64,000 bases of DNA from NCBI GenBank assembly GCA_028023455.1, contig JAQFVV010000001.1, forward strand, positions 4,898,001-4,962,000. The letters are read 5' to 3'. Origin of the DNA: Epiperipatus broadwayi (lineage: Eukaryota; Animalia; Onychophora). Positions 1 through 12,231 of the stretch are shown here, one piece after another (the first letter of the stretch is position 1; every line of letters begins with the position of its first letter). The translations under genes and the position numbers were made by a program. Below the pieces are notes generated by a model. That model was not told where the DNA came from, searched no databases, and saw only the letters and a list, made by a program, of their open reading frames with translations.

Positions 1-109
1 GGGATTTTATGCACAAGCCTTCTGGCATCTATTGATTACTCTGTTTAGCACAGGTGGCAATACTGTATGGAGAGTTTTGCTCTGTTTAAGTATTCTCTTG
101 TGGAGAGAA

Positions 110-547
110 TAACAATTAATCAATCATCACCTTGGAAGGCTGGCTCATCTCATTTTTATATTGATTTGTTAGTTTTAAAACTATTCTAAAGATTATTCAG
201 TATCTTGATAAAATAATGGTAAAATCATGGTAAAAATTCTAAAACATTTATTTTTACTTTATAAATCAAAATGAAAATATTGGAATTGTCAACATTGGCA
301 AAATAACATTAAAAGATTCTAAAACATTCATTTTCACTTTAAAAATTGAAACTAAAACATCAGAACTGTCAAAATTTTGACAGGTGTTCTCTTTTGGAGC
401 GAACAACAATCAACCAATCAGCGCATTGAAAGTCAGACTCTTATGTTATTGTTATATTGATTTGTTAGTTGTAAAAATATTCTAGAAGTTATTTGGTAAA
501 CTTATCTCGATAAAGTACCAGTAAAATCAGCAAAATAACATTAAAAG
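110..547. repeat. Degenerate local tandem duplication (about 295-bp period), probably part of an old DNA-transposon or MITE relic
   Basis: ttatattgatttgttagtt(t/g)taaaa(c/a)tattcta occurs at about 157 and about 452. caaaataacattaaaag occurs at about 299 and about 531. A shorter internal repeat, ttctaaaacatt(t/c)attt, occurs at about 237 and about 317. Confidence 0.6.
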
Positions 548-829
548 TAATGGTTTGAGAGAGAGTTAAACTCATATATGAAATTAATCCAAAAAATATT
601 GATTAAAAAAGATTTAACATGCTATTTTATACAGGAAACAATCATAATACTATGTGTTTGTATAGTGTAAAGCAAAGATCCACAGAAATAAGATGTTGAA
701 AATTTTCACTTTGAATTTAAGACACACCTTTTTTAGGGATTCAAAAAAGAAAGTGCATATTCGAAGTAATACAATATATTACAATTTAAATAAAATATAA
801 TAATAAACATCGAATTAGCCTTAGATTGT

Positions 830-2910
830 TGCAAATATATTTTGATCATTTATGTTTGCCCTAGAAAATATTATTTTGACAAAAGCTTAGAAAACTTTTC
901 TATAGATATGTAAAATATTTTTGATTAGACTGAAATAATGTTAGACATAGAAAATTTTTAACATACAAGAATGAAAAAACATAGCGTTATAAATAAATGC
1001 TTATTTACATATGTTTAGGAATGAAAAAAGTAAATTTGAAAGGGAAGATAGAAATAATAGGGAATCAAATTTATAGAATTTGTAGAAAAATAAAAACTGT
1101 ATTCACAATTTTTTTTTGACAATATTCTGACTAACTGAAAACAGATAACTCAAGACTACTTTAAAAAAGAGTGATTATTAGTTAATGATATTTAAAATAT
1201 GTTTATTGCAAAATTAATTGTAAAAGCTATTAAAAAATTTTAAGAGCTGATATCCCTAATCTTCCAGAAGTACTGCAATGAATATGTTTACTAATAACAG
1301 GAATCAAAAACAAGCAATTCTCTATATAAACTTTTTATTGGAGCAATGTAATATATATGAAAAAGAAATATAAAAGTAATTGAAAACAAATTATTTAGAA
1401 GAACTGAGTATCTGGATTTTTGTAAAAATGATCTGGGATTAAAATTGTCTTATGATAAAGAAAGCTACAAAAAACAATATATATATATGTATATAAAATA
1501 TTTTGGTATTGGAAAGAAAATTATTTCAGTGGTAAAGGTTAAAATATAGTATGATTATTTAAGAATAAAGATGATGTAATGAAATACAAAAAAGCATACA
1601 TCAATAAAGACATGGGAAGCAAAAATAATCCATATAATTAATAAAAGTCAAAATGTCATGTTTTAATTGAAAGAATTGAGACAATAAAAAATAAGTTCCT
1701 AGAAATTATGGAATAATTATATACATTTAAAATTGTAAACATGTTAAAAGAATCTGGAATAGATGTAGCTTGGTTAATTTATATCTAAATTATAAGAATT
1801 TATTAGACATCTGAATAAATGGAATAATGCTAAAGAGAAGCAAAAATAACAAAGGGATGGAGAATATTAGGAATTATAAATAGATCAGACTTCTACTAAT
1901 TCGCTAAAATATATATACCTTGGTTTACAGAGAACTTTAGCCAGCCAAAAGAACAAACTGGATTTACAAATGATTATAACACAACAGATCACATTGAAGT
2001 ATTAAGAGAAGTTATAGAAAGGATCAAATGAATATATATTATTTTGCATTGGATTTGTGGATTAAGAAAAGGGCATTCAATTTTATAAATATTTTTAAGT
2101 GATTAAAGTTCTGGAATATCAAGATATAAATCTCAGATAATGTTAAATTTAGAAAAAAATATTTACCATAATTTAAACAGCAGTAGTTACACTATATGTT
2201 CATATTAAAATTAATTTCTTTAAGAATATTTTTATATCTTCTAAACTTTCTTCAGCAGATGTATAGGAGTATGTTGTGTATTAAAATGAAAAGCAAAATG
2301 TGAAGAAAGAAATGAAGATTACTTAAGTTATTTAGAGATTGGACATTATGCTTTTACAAACTATTTTTCATAGTGCAAGAATTATTACAAAAGCTATTAG
2401 ATGAAAGTATTAATATATAAAAGTAAATTTTAAAATAATAATATTTAATAATTATCAAAAAGAAAATAATAAAGATTAATAGCAATGAATTAAAATATAA
2501 ACAATTATAATTACTTTAGTAAACTTATTAATACTCATGGAGTCATAATTAATAGTATAATTAAACATGGTTGGGGAGTTTTCTGTATAAATAATATTAA
2601 AAGATAGAATGTCTATGCATCTGAAATTGAAACTTTTTAATAAATGTATTGTATCAGTGGTTTACTTATTGGTCTGAGACTTAGGAGTGATACAAAAACT
2701 ACAGCATACTCAGTGAAATATAGAATGATATATGTTGGAATTAATCAATTTTAGGCTATTAAACTGATTAGAAAAATATTAAAATATGGCAATGACTAAG
2801 CAAATCAAAATTGTCTATTAAAAAAGAAATCTAGTGATTAACATTAAATATGATTTTAACATGTTTGAATGTGTGAAGTTATTGAGTGTTTTTAATAAAA
2901 AAAAAAAGAA
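830..2910 (+). mobile_element. Heavily decayed RTE-clade non-LTR retrotransposon (endonuclease and RT remnants)
   Basis: 1942-2030 translates as QPKEQTGFTNDYNTTDHIEVLREVIERIK*, matching the RTE RT motif QPxEQxGF...TxDHI. It is followed by an IGFVD-like stretch. An RNNRESNL-like endonuclease stretch lies near 1050. The region has many stops and frameshifts and ends A-rich near 2900. Boundaries are approximate. Confidence 0.75.
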
Positions 2911-2940
2911 AATGAAAAATATACCAAATTACTATTGTTG

Positions 2941-3072
2941 AGTGAGCCCAGTAATAGAGTGTCAGACTCGGGAATGTAGAATCCTAAGATTGATTTCAGT
3001 GCTGGCATATTCAAACTTCTTATGAATGCTTAAGCAACAAAGTCACTAGAACATTTATTTATTTATTTATTT
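2941..3072 (+). mobile_element. Degenerate tRNA-derived SINE (family B)
   Basis: The head is tRNA-like (cagtaatagagtgtcagactc...gattgatttcag). The 3' part atgaatgcttaagcaacaaag resembles the copies at 49.5 and 61.7 kb. It ends in (attt)n. Confidence 0.4.
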
Positions 3073-4189
3073 GTAAGAGGTTTTGACTTGCACTATATCT
3101 AGCTAAAGACCATCTCTTATTTTATTATTCAGTTTAATAGCCTCCAAAATTTGAAACTCAAATTAATGAACATGTATACTTTTTTCTAACAAATAAAAAA
3201 TAGTAGTGTTAACTATAATACATAGTCTTAATATTCATAGGAAAAGTAAAAAAAAGAAAAGAATAGGAATAAAGGTCAACATAACAACTCTAATCATGTT
3301 GTCACATCAACCACTATAACTCTGAATAGATATCAATTCATGAAAACATATCACACCATCTACATACATCATCCACCTGACTCACAGAGTTTGACATACT
3401 ATTTTCTTTATATCACTTAAACACTGCCTAATGATATACTAGTAATTATAAATAAAATAGAAATTTATATAACATTACTATACTAGCCAAAAATCAAAAT
3501 TTCTTCCATAACCATGATTTCATCTATTTGGTTGTGTAAGAATTTTAGTAGAATTTTGTTTTTTGGCATATTGTAATGTTATATGAATTTCCATTTTATT
3601 TTCTGTATATATATATAAGTGCATAAAAGCTTTTATTTATTAGTTGTATAATTTTTAAAATAATTTAGTTAATAAGTGCATATAATTATTTGCTTTAGTG
3701 TTTGTTAAAACTGAATAAAAGATCCTAAACCAATGTGTTTAATATATGAAAATCATCTCCCAAAATGCTTTTAATCTGCATTTTTATCAGAAAGCTTTCA
3801 TTTAGCAGTGGATTGATTAAAAAGCTAATCTTTAATATATATATATTTGAAATTTAATAACATTTTAAATTTTTACTCTGCATTCTACCTTATTGATGTT
3901 AATTAACGTTTCTTTACTCAAAGGTATAATTAAAGTTCAGAGTTTATAATAGATGAGGGTAGAGTAAGAACAAGTCCTGCAACAAGTAAATTTATATATT
4001 TTAAATATAGGAGTTTTTTTTATGTTTTGCCTACTGTTGTTAGAAAAAAATGTCTATTTATATAGTTGAATTCCTGTATTTCAGGTGGTTTATTAACCAT
4101 GAATATATTTTTTTTTTTTATTTTTTATTTATTTGTTGGAAAAAATTATATTTTTTATTCTTAAACTCTTATAATATTTTATTTTATTC

Positions 4190-4800
<611 letters not shown>

Positions 4801-5708
4801 CAAGAGATAAAAGAGTGACACCCACCCCTGGGGGGGGGAATATTTTTTTTAAATTGTGTTAGAAGAACTGTTTTATAAAAAAATAGTTTGTTTTTTTTTA
4901 TTTATAAAAAAAACACAAAACATTAAAAATTTTTTATAAAAAAGGGAATTTTCATCATAAAAAAAAATTTATATACACAAAAAAGATTACTTTGATTTTT
5001 TTTTTTTTCCCTCTCTTTTTTTAAAAATATTTATATAAGAAAAAAAGATTTTCATTGTTGGTTATGATAATTAGATCTCAGTAGCCACCTCACAATATGA
5101 ATCTTGTTACTTACAACTTTATTATTTTTGAAAGCATGCATACTGTTTATTTTTTCTAGGTCTAGTGGAAAATTCTAAAAAAATATTTTCAACATTGATC
5201 ACAATGCTGATTTAAAAATCAAAACCAATATAAAATTAAGCAGATATTTACATTACAGCCTATTGCCTGCTGTACCAAGGGAAATATTAATCTTATCCAG
5301 AGTTGATGTATTTTAATTCCATTTGGCTTATTTATTTAATGAAGACCAAGAAATATCTTGAATTAGTGAAACCAATTAGTAATCATACTGATGAAAAAAC
5401 CAATGGATCTAATAGAAAGTGAAACATATTTTAAATAACTTACAAAAGTGTCAGGAGTATCAATAATCAATATGAATATGATATTTGTCAATGTTTATGC
5501 ATACTACTTCTAAAACAATATGAACTATAAATTTCATTATTTAAATGAAAAAAGAATTATAAAATTTGTATAATTGCAATTATTTGAGGGAATTATTCAT
5601 TCATGTAAATATTTAATATATTTTTTTTTTCTTTTGCTTATATTTGGAGACTTTAGTGGAATGTATTCTTATTATTTTTTTGCAAGAGGATAAAGAGATA
5701 ATGACTTG

Positions 5709-5790
5709 AGAGAGGGGGGAGGGAAGGAGGAGAGAAAGAGAGAGAGAGGGGTTAAGAGAGAGAGACAGAGAGAGAGAGATTTAGAGAGTC

Positions 5791-5825
<35 letters not shown>

Positions 5826-5840
5826 GAAAGGGAGAGGGGG
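5709..5840. repeat. (GA)n / purine-rich microsatellite
   Basis: Interrupted gagagaga runs are directly visible. Confidence 0.9.
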
Positions 5841-8329
5841 ATTTTTTTTTGTATATTAGCCTTTAAATTGTGGCATGGAGGAATCCAAATATTTTTACTA
5901 TGTAACAAGGTTCATAATTCATAAAATTATAATTTCCAATGAATATTGGTGGTCTATGAAGGAAGTGTAAACAAATAATCTGTTATTGTTCAACTGAAAA
6001 ATTAATATGCATATTTGGTAAATGTACATATTCCAACACTTTTCTTATTAATAAATTATTAATCAAGTTTATTCTCCATTTATTTTCATTCTCATATGAT
6101 ATGCAATTAATTAGTTAAGAAGGATTACTATCTGAGATCATCTTCAGTGCTCCAATTTATGCTGGCTAGATTCCAGAAATAATGCAGAAAGGTTAAATTA
6201 ATAATATTTGTAGGATAGTCCTTCACTCCTCTAGGTTGCACCCAATACAAAATTTATCAATGTTAAGTACGAATAAAAAGCTATTTCAGCAAATTACCTT
6301 TATTACCAGCCATTTAGGAATAGATGATATATTTTGAACTATACCTAACATTCTGAAAGGTTATGCAAGATAAATCTAAAAATAATAAAATGTTCTATTT
6401 GATCATTATTATTAGTTTTCATTTTTACTACAATGTTATTTAAAGGTCCAAAGTGAGATAGGTTACTGATATTAGTCAGTCATAATTCATGCTATGACTA
6501 AGTATCATATTTCAGTTCAAGCATCAGTAATTGCATATTCCCCATTCTTATTTCGATATGTAAAAGAAAGTCAATATGTAATTGAATAGGTTTCTACATA
6601 TTAGATAGTAGCACAGTTTATGTTAATTAGAATTACACAACAGATGTATATGATTATATTAATGACAACAATCACTAATCATAAGTCTTCTAAATTATTT
6701 TCTTTTATGACTTTATTTTTAATAATGACTTTTTTTTTTATATTCACTGAAATTATATATAATCCAAGATAAACTTCTTATTTAAGTATAAATTATGAAA
6801 ATTCTGATTGTTATGCCAATCAACATTTTCAGCTTTTCTGCTCAAAAAAGACTGACTATAGTTTCATTAATCACATCAATATATATATTTCTATATTTTC
6901 TAGGACTTAAAGTTTTTATATGATGCCTTTAGGGATTACAATACTTTGCTGAATGGAAAAGTGCTGATCTAAAATTATGATTGTGCTTCAGAATATATAA
7001 TGTTGTATAATTCAAGAATTCCAGTAGGTATTTGATGAATATTTATTCATCTTACAGTTTAATTTTTTTTCCAAATAATTTTAACTCTTCAGTCTGCTAA
7101 AAACTGATGATAATTACAAATGTAAATCTGTATAGAAAACTTTGACAACTTATTATGTAAATAAAGCCCATCTTCATTTAGAAGAAGAATAAATCTGGCA
7201 TAAATAAAAATAAATTTTTAGGGAAAAAATAGATTGTTTTAAGTGTTGAAGTTTGCTACATGACATTTTGCTTTTAAGCCAAAATCTGCCATCTTTTCAG
7301 CTACTTTATTGAATTTTTTTGGAATATTTGTTATCTTAACAATACAGAAAATGTAATTTACCCTTTGAAAGATTAAACTTGATTTTGACAATATATTCCT
7401 ATAAAAGATTGTACATTAAAAACAAAATAACATCATTAATCTGTTAGAAAATATCAAATTACTAGTTATTCTTACATACACATAGAAACATATATATAAG
7501 ATAAATAATAATAGCAAATGTATTTGGCCAATAAATATAAAGTTTGAGAATTATTATTATGCATTCTAATTTCTTATGATGATCTGTGTATGTTAATTAA
7601 GGCTTCAATTTTTAATAAGTTTATGAAAAACAATTTTTGTTTATTGTTAAATAACATGTTTAATACTATTTACAGATTCCACAAACATGAACAATTTCAT
7701 TAATTTGGGCAAAAAATGGAATTTCAGCAAATTAGTGACACCAGATATATTGACGAATCAAATCTGAATTTTATAAATTAAATGAATTGGCACAAGTCTT
7801 TTACAAAAAAATAAAAACAATTAGACAAATTTCCCAATTACAAAAAAAAAAAAAGTTATAGTGAGTCATTGAATCTGTTCTTGACTAATGTCTTCAACAT
7901 TTTTTCAGCTATGGATTAAAATCCTTTCTTAACATTTTTTGTTTAGTATGTGATTTTATTAGGTAAACTTATAGTATTTTTCTTTAGTAACTGCAGTTGG
8001 TTTAAGAATAGTATATTAACCAGTGGTCTTCAACCATCGGTCCATGGACCGGTGCTGGGCTGCAGAAGTTTTCTGCCAGTCCGCGCTAGACTGTCAAGAA
8101 AGTTTGTAATAACAAAATAACTTTTAATTAATATAAACAATTTTTATTTATTTTTTCATCACATTTTTACCCGATTACAAAAAAAGAAACAGAACAAAAA
8201 CAAAATGTAATCAATCATACATAAATTAATTTGTTTTTCTATTTATCATAGATGTTTAGGGGGAGGAGTTAGAATTAAATTTTTTATTATTTTTCTAAAA
8301 AAATTCAAAATTAAAAAAAAAAAAGTTTT

Positions 8330-8475
8330 TTATTATACAAACTCCGGTTGTCTTTTGATAGCCAATCACAGCTGCTTGTCGACATTGTTTATGTGTTAAA
8401 ACTTATTATACAAACTCCGGTTGTCTTTTGATAGCCAATCACAGCTGCTTGTCGACATTGTTTATGTGTTAAAAC
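8330..8475. repeat. Perfect 73-bp tandem duplication (2 copies) inside the hAT derivative
   Basis: ttattatacaaactccggttg...tttatgtgttaaaac at 8330-8402 and again at 8403-8475. Confidence 0.95.
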
Positions 8476-8589
8476 AATAAAATGTAACATTACCGGGCCA
8501 TGATTTTAAAAATACGGTGACTTTTTTGATCGCTTAAATTTTTTCTACTCCCTCTTTTAATATTTCATTTTTAGTGGTTTTTTGGGTTA

Positions 8590-9380
8590 TATGGCACTTT
8601 TTTTTTTGGCTTTAACTTTTATTTTTGAAATCAATTTTTATTATCTTTTTTTAAAAATAAAAACAAAAAAAATAACTTCTGTCTCTAGCTTTTACAAAGT
8701 ATTTCTCAATATACCCCCCCCCCAATAAAGTAAGATCAAAACTTTTGACTTTTTCAATTTTTATTACCTTTTTTAAAAAGTAAAAACAAACTGAAAGTAA
8801 CTTTTGTCTCAGTGAAGACAAAGTATTTCTCAACCCACTCCCCCCAAAAAAATTAAAATAAGATCTTTTTTGGCTTTAACTTTTATTTTTAAAATCAATT
8901 TTTATCACCTTTTTTAAAAAAGAAAAACAACCAAAAAATTTCTGTCTCTAACTTTTATAAAGTATTTCTCAATCCACCACCTCCACCTCCAAATTAAAAT
9001 AAGATCAAAACTTTTGACTTATTCAAGTTTCGTTTACTTTTTCTTTTGTTTAAAAATATGTCCACTTTTTTTTGGCCTATAAGGCGATATTTTTTTTGGC
9101 TTTATTTGTATACTGCTAATATACTAAAACTTTTATTTTTAAAATCAATTTCTGTTACCTTTTTTAAAAAATAAAAACAAATAAAAAATAACTTTGGTCT
9201 CTATCTTTTGTTTCAGGGAAGACAAAGTATTTCTCAACCCATCCCCCCCTCCCAAAAAAAAAAAAATTAAAATAAGATCAAAACTTCTGACTTTTTTAAC
9301 TTTAGTTGCCTTTTTTTTTAAAAGATGGCAACTATACAGCGATTTTTTTTTTGGCTTTATTTCTATTACGCGATGTCTAT
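8590..9380. repeat. Degenerate tandem array (at least 4 units) inside the hAT derivative
   Basis: aagtatttctcaa, then a C-run, then aaaataagatc recurs at about 8697, 8821, 8960 and 9226. aaatcaattt...aaaaacaa also recurs. Confidence 0.65.
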
Positions 9381-9520
9381 TTTGCCATTTTTAAAAAAAA
9401 ACTTTTCCTATTAATTACATTTTTTGATCCTTTCAACACACCAGCACAAAAAAATTACAATAACATCAAAACTTCAGACTTTTACACGTTTTGTTTTATT
9501 TTTTCAGATTTAAAATATGC

Positions 9521-10250
9521 TAATAATCAGCTTTGTGGATCTTAACAATAAATGAATACTCTCATTTTCCAATACAAGATAAAGTCTTTGTGAAAGAATA
9601 GAATGAATCCACCTATTCTTTCAACCCAAACGTTTAAGCAAGTATTGGAAATGAGAGCGTGAAGATATTAAACAATCACTTTAAATTACTTATACTATGT
9701 CTGAATGAATGACGCCTGTGAAATTTACTAGAATTTACGATACGTCATTCTTAAATGAAATTAAACATATTCTTTCACAAAGACTTTATCTTATATTGGA
9801 AAATGAGAGTATTCATTTATTGTTAAGATCCACAAAATGCATGTGCATTAGCTTAAAAAGCTGCTTATTAGTTTATTACTATTCAAAAACGTCACGCTAT
9901 ATAAAATAAATATCTCATTTACATATGTTTAATTTCATTTAAGAATGACATATCATAAATTCTAGTAAATTTCGCAGGCGTCATTCATTCAGACATAGTA
10001 AGAGTAATTTTAAGTGATTGTTTAATATCTTCACGCTCTCATTTCCAGTACTTAAGATTTGCCCATACTTAAACGTTTGGGTTGAAAGAATAGGTGGATT
10101 TATTCTATTTTTTCACAAAGACTTTATCTTGTATTGGAAAATGAGAGTATTCATTTATTGTTAAGATCCACAAAGCACGTGTGCATTAGATTAAAAAGCT
10201 GATTATTAGTTTATTATAATTCAAAAACAATAAAATAAATATATCATTTA
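9521..10250. repeat. Long inverted repeat (arms about 9521-9770 and about 9923-10208) whose spacer is a third partial copy
   Basis: gctttgtggatcttaacaataaatgaatactctc...ctagaattta is the reverse complement of taaattctag...gagagtattcatttattgttaagatccacaaagc. The spacer at about 9774-9920 directly repeats about 10112-10250. Confidence 0.9.
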
Positions 10251-11597
10251 CATTTAAAATACGGAAAATTTTTTTTTTTTTGGCTGTACAGTGATTTTAA
10301 TTATGCAATTTTTATTTTGCCCTTGCTACTATCAAAAGACAATCTCCATATATCGTAATCATTGTCATATAATTACACTAGCTATGATATTTCCCAACAT
10401 TCAGGTGAATAACATTTTATTCTTGCATGTTTTAACAATGAAATAATAAACATAGAAATGCAAGCACATTAATGAGAACGATTATTATTGTACTGTTTTC
10501 TGTGTATATGAAGGTAAGCAACACCATTACAATACACAATAACTAGTGTGCTTTTTTGGTCAGTTATAATAATTATGCTTATCTAAGGCTAAGCAGGTTA
10601 CATCTTTAAGAAAATTTATTTGTAAACTTCTGCCGGTCTGCGAAATCTTATCCTTATTTTTTCCGGTCCGCAAGTGTAAAAAGGTTGAAGACCACTGGTT
10701 TAACCATATGCACTAGACCTGAATTAACATTTAATTAAATAATATTGTTCTTATTAATTAGAATTAAATGCTGTAACTAATTTAACTGAACAATACAATG
10801 ATGAATTTGAATTAAGGATTACTGCATCCGTCATTCAGCTGAGAATAGTTTAAAAAAAGATCTCAGCTTTTTTGATCAATTAAATGGATTATTAGGTTTA
10901 ACTACTACTACCTGATAAAATACTTTTATTAAAATTAAATCAGTGATATGATTCTTATGGTGTGGCAAATATTAGTTAATCTTCAAGATAATTTTTAATT
11001 ACAATATGTAACTTCAATTTTGTTAAATTTAGAATTCTGAGGTATTAGCAATAATGTCTGGCTTTTGTCTTTTTTTTGTTATATTTATCTTCATAAAAAA
11101 TTGAATGTATTTAGAATATTGATTATAATGCACTTATAGAGATTTAATATTTTAACTACATTGTTCGAAATTATCTTCTTTTTTTTTTAACTATATCATT
11201 TTGAATATATGTATTGAACATGATTGAAATTCGATTAAGTTTTAATCTTCACTAAACTTAATTTTGTTAAAACGTTTAATGTTTAGATTTTTATTATTAT
11301 TTAAAAAGAATTCATGTATCAAAATACATTCAGTGTTATCGATTTATTTTAAAATAATTTTCTTATACCGCTTGTTTTTACTTTAAATCAATTAATTAAA
11401 AAACAAGCAACCTAGCTAATTGCATTCCTGTGGCTTTTATTTTAAAGAGTGGAGATTTGATTTGTGTGTAGTTGTTTTCGTTTCAATAATCCCTGGGTAG
11501 AATTCTTAGATAGATTGAGCGGGAGATTAATATTTGCCCTGCCTAAGGCGTAGAAATTGGACAACAAGGAAAGTGTTTCGCGGGAAATGGAGCAACG

Positions 11598-11630
11598 TAT
11601 AAATAGCCCCGAAAATTTGGAGTGTTAGTT
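11598..11630 (+). promoter_or_regulatory. TATA box plus Inr-like core promoter (predicted TSS about 11627)
   Basis: TATAAATA at 11598-11605 and TTAGTT at 11625-11630, with the A 29 nt after the first T of the TATA box. This spacing fits arthropod-type TATA/Inr (TCAGT/TTAGT) promoters. Confidence 0.55.
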
Positions 11631-11951
11631 AATTCATTATTCGTCACTAGACAAGCTGTTCCTCAAGTGAAAGTTTATCTCAACTGACATTTAAATTCTT
11701 AAAGGAAATTCGCTGTTATTTAAATCCTTTTGCTTGCAACAAGATGAAAAATTCTATACGTGTTACCACCACCCGAATGGCTTGCTAACTCAACAAAAGA
11801 CGGATCCCTGACTTCCAAATTTGCTCCAGTAATGCCTTAAACACCTACAAGAAGCCGGAACCTCTTTACATCTACCTTGCCATGGTCGAATGACCTGAAA
11901 ATGAACTTAAGTAAAAGTGCGCACTCTACGTGAACTGTGTTTTACCAAAAG
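11627..11951 (+). other. Candidate first exon (5' leader) of an unidentified long-intron transcript
   Basis: Runs from the predicted Inr to the donor AAG|GTAACT at 11951/11952. It is GC-elevated and has no ORF that stays open to the exon end from an ATG. Confidence 0.5.
11744..11933 (+). promoter_or_regulatory. Cluster of short upstream ORFs
   Basis: MKNSIRVTTTRMAC* (11744-11788, with in-frame MAC* from 11777), MP* (11832-11840), MVE* (11882-11893), MT* (11890-11898) and MNLSKSAHST* (11901-11933). They are uORFs only if exon 1 is real. Confidence 0.45.
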
Positions 11952-12231
11952 GTAACTATTTGCTTTTATTCTTCCCAGGGTAAATTAATTCTCATTAAAT
12001 CTCCACTCAATCTAATCATAAATATGTATTCTTAAATAATAGTTATACTCATATTTAACCTTTATTGTGTTTTCTTATATTTTTGTAATGGGTTTTGGAA
12101 TCTTAGTTTTAAGATTCCCAATTTGCTTTCAGTTTTGTTTATTGGAGAGTGACGAATGAGGTTTATATTTATATTTTTATGCCTACAACTTTTTATAAAT
12201 GCTTTAGCGGTCGTGCATTTTAAATGCTTAC
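11895..12231 (-). other. Candidate antisense intron (337 nt)
   Basis: Minus-strand donor CAG|GTAAGC at 12232/12231 and acceptor AAGTTCATTTTCAG|G at 11895/11894. The acceptor is followed by ACCATGG (ATG at 11884-11882) and AAG|GTAGAT. Confidence 0.3.

Larger units (their letters stand above)
8021..10697 (+). mobile_element. Non-autonomous hAT (Buster/Charlie-type) deletion derivative, 2677 bp
   Basis: Perfect 15-bp TIRs: CAGTGGTCTTCAACC (8021) and GGTTGAAGACCACTG (ends 10697). The flanks tattaac(c) and gtttaacc resemble a decayed 8-bp TA-centred TSD. About 10300-10345 translates as LCNFYFALATIK, similar to the Buster C-terminal YLCExGFSAL..IK. CpGs are retained near both ends. Confidence 0.9.

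Noticed and set aside
5706-5924. RE-repeat ORF (MREGGGKEERKRER...)
   Set aside because: It is a translation of a (GA)n microsatellite.
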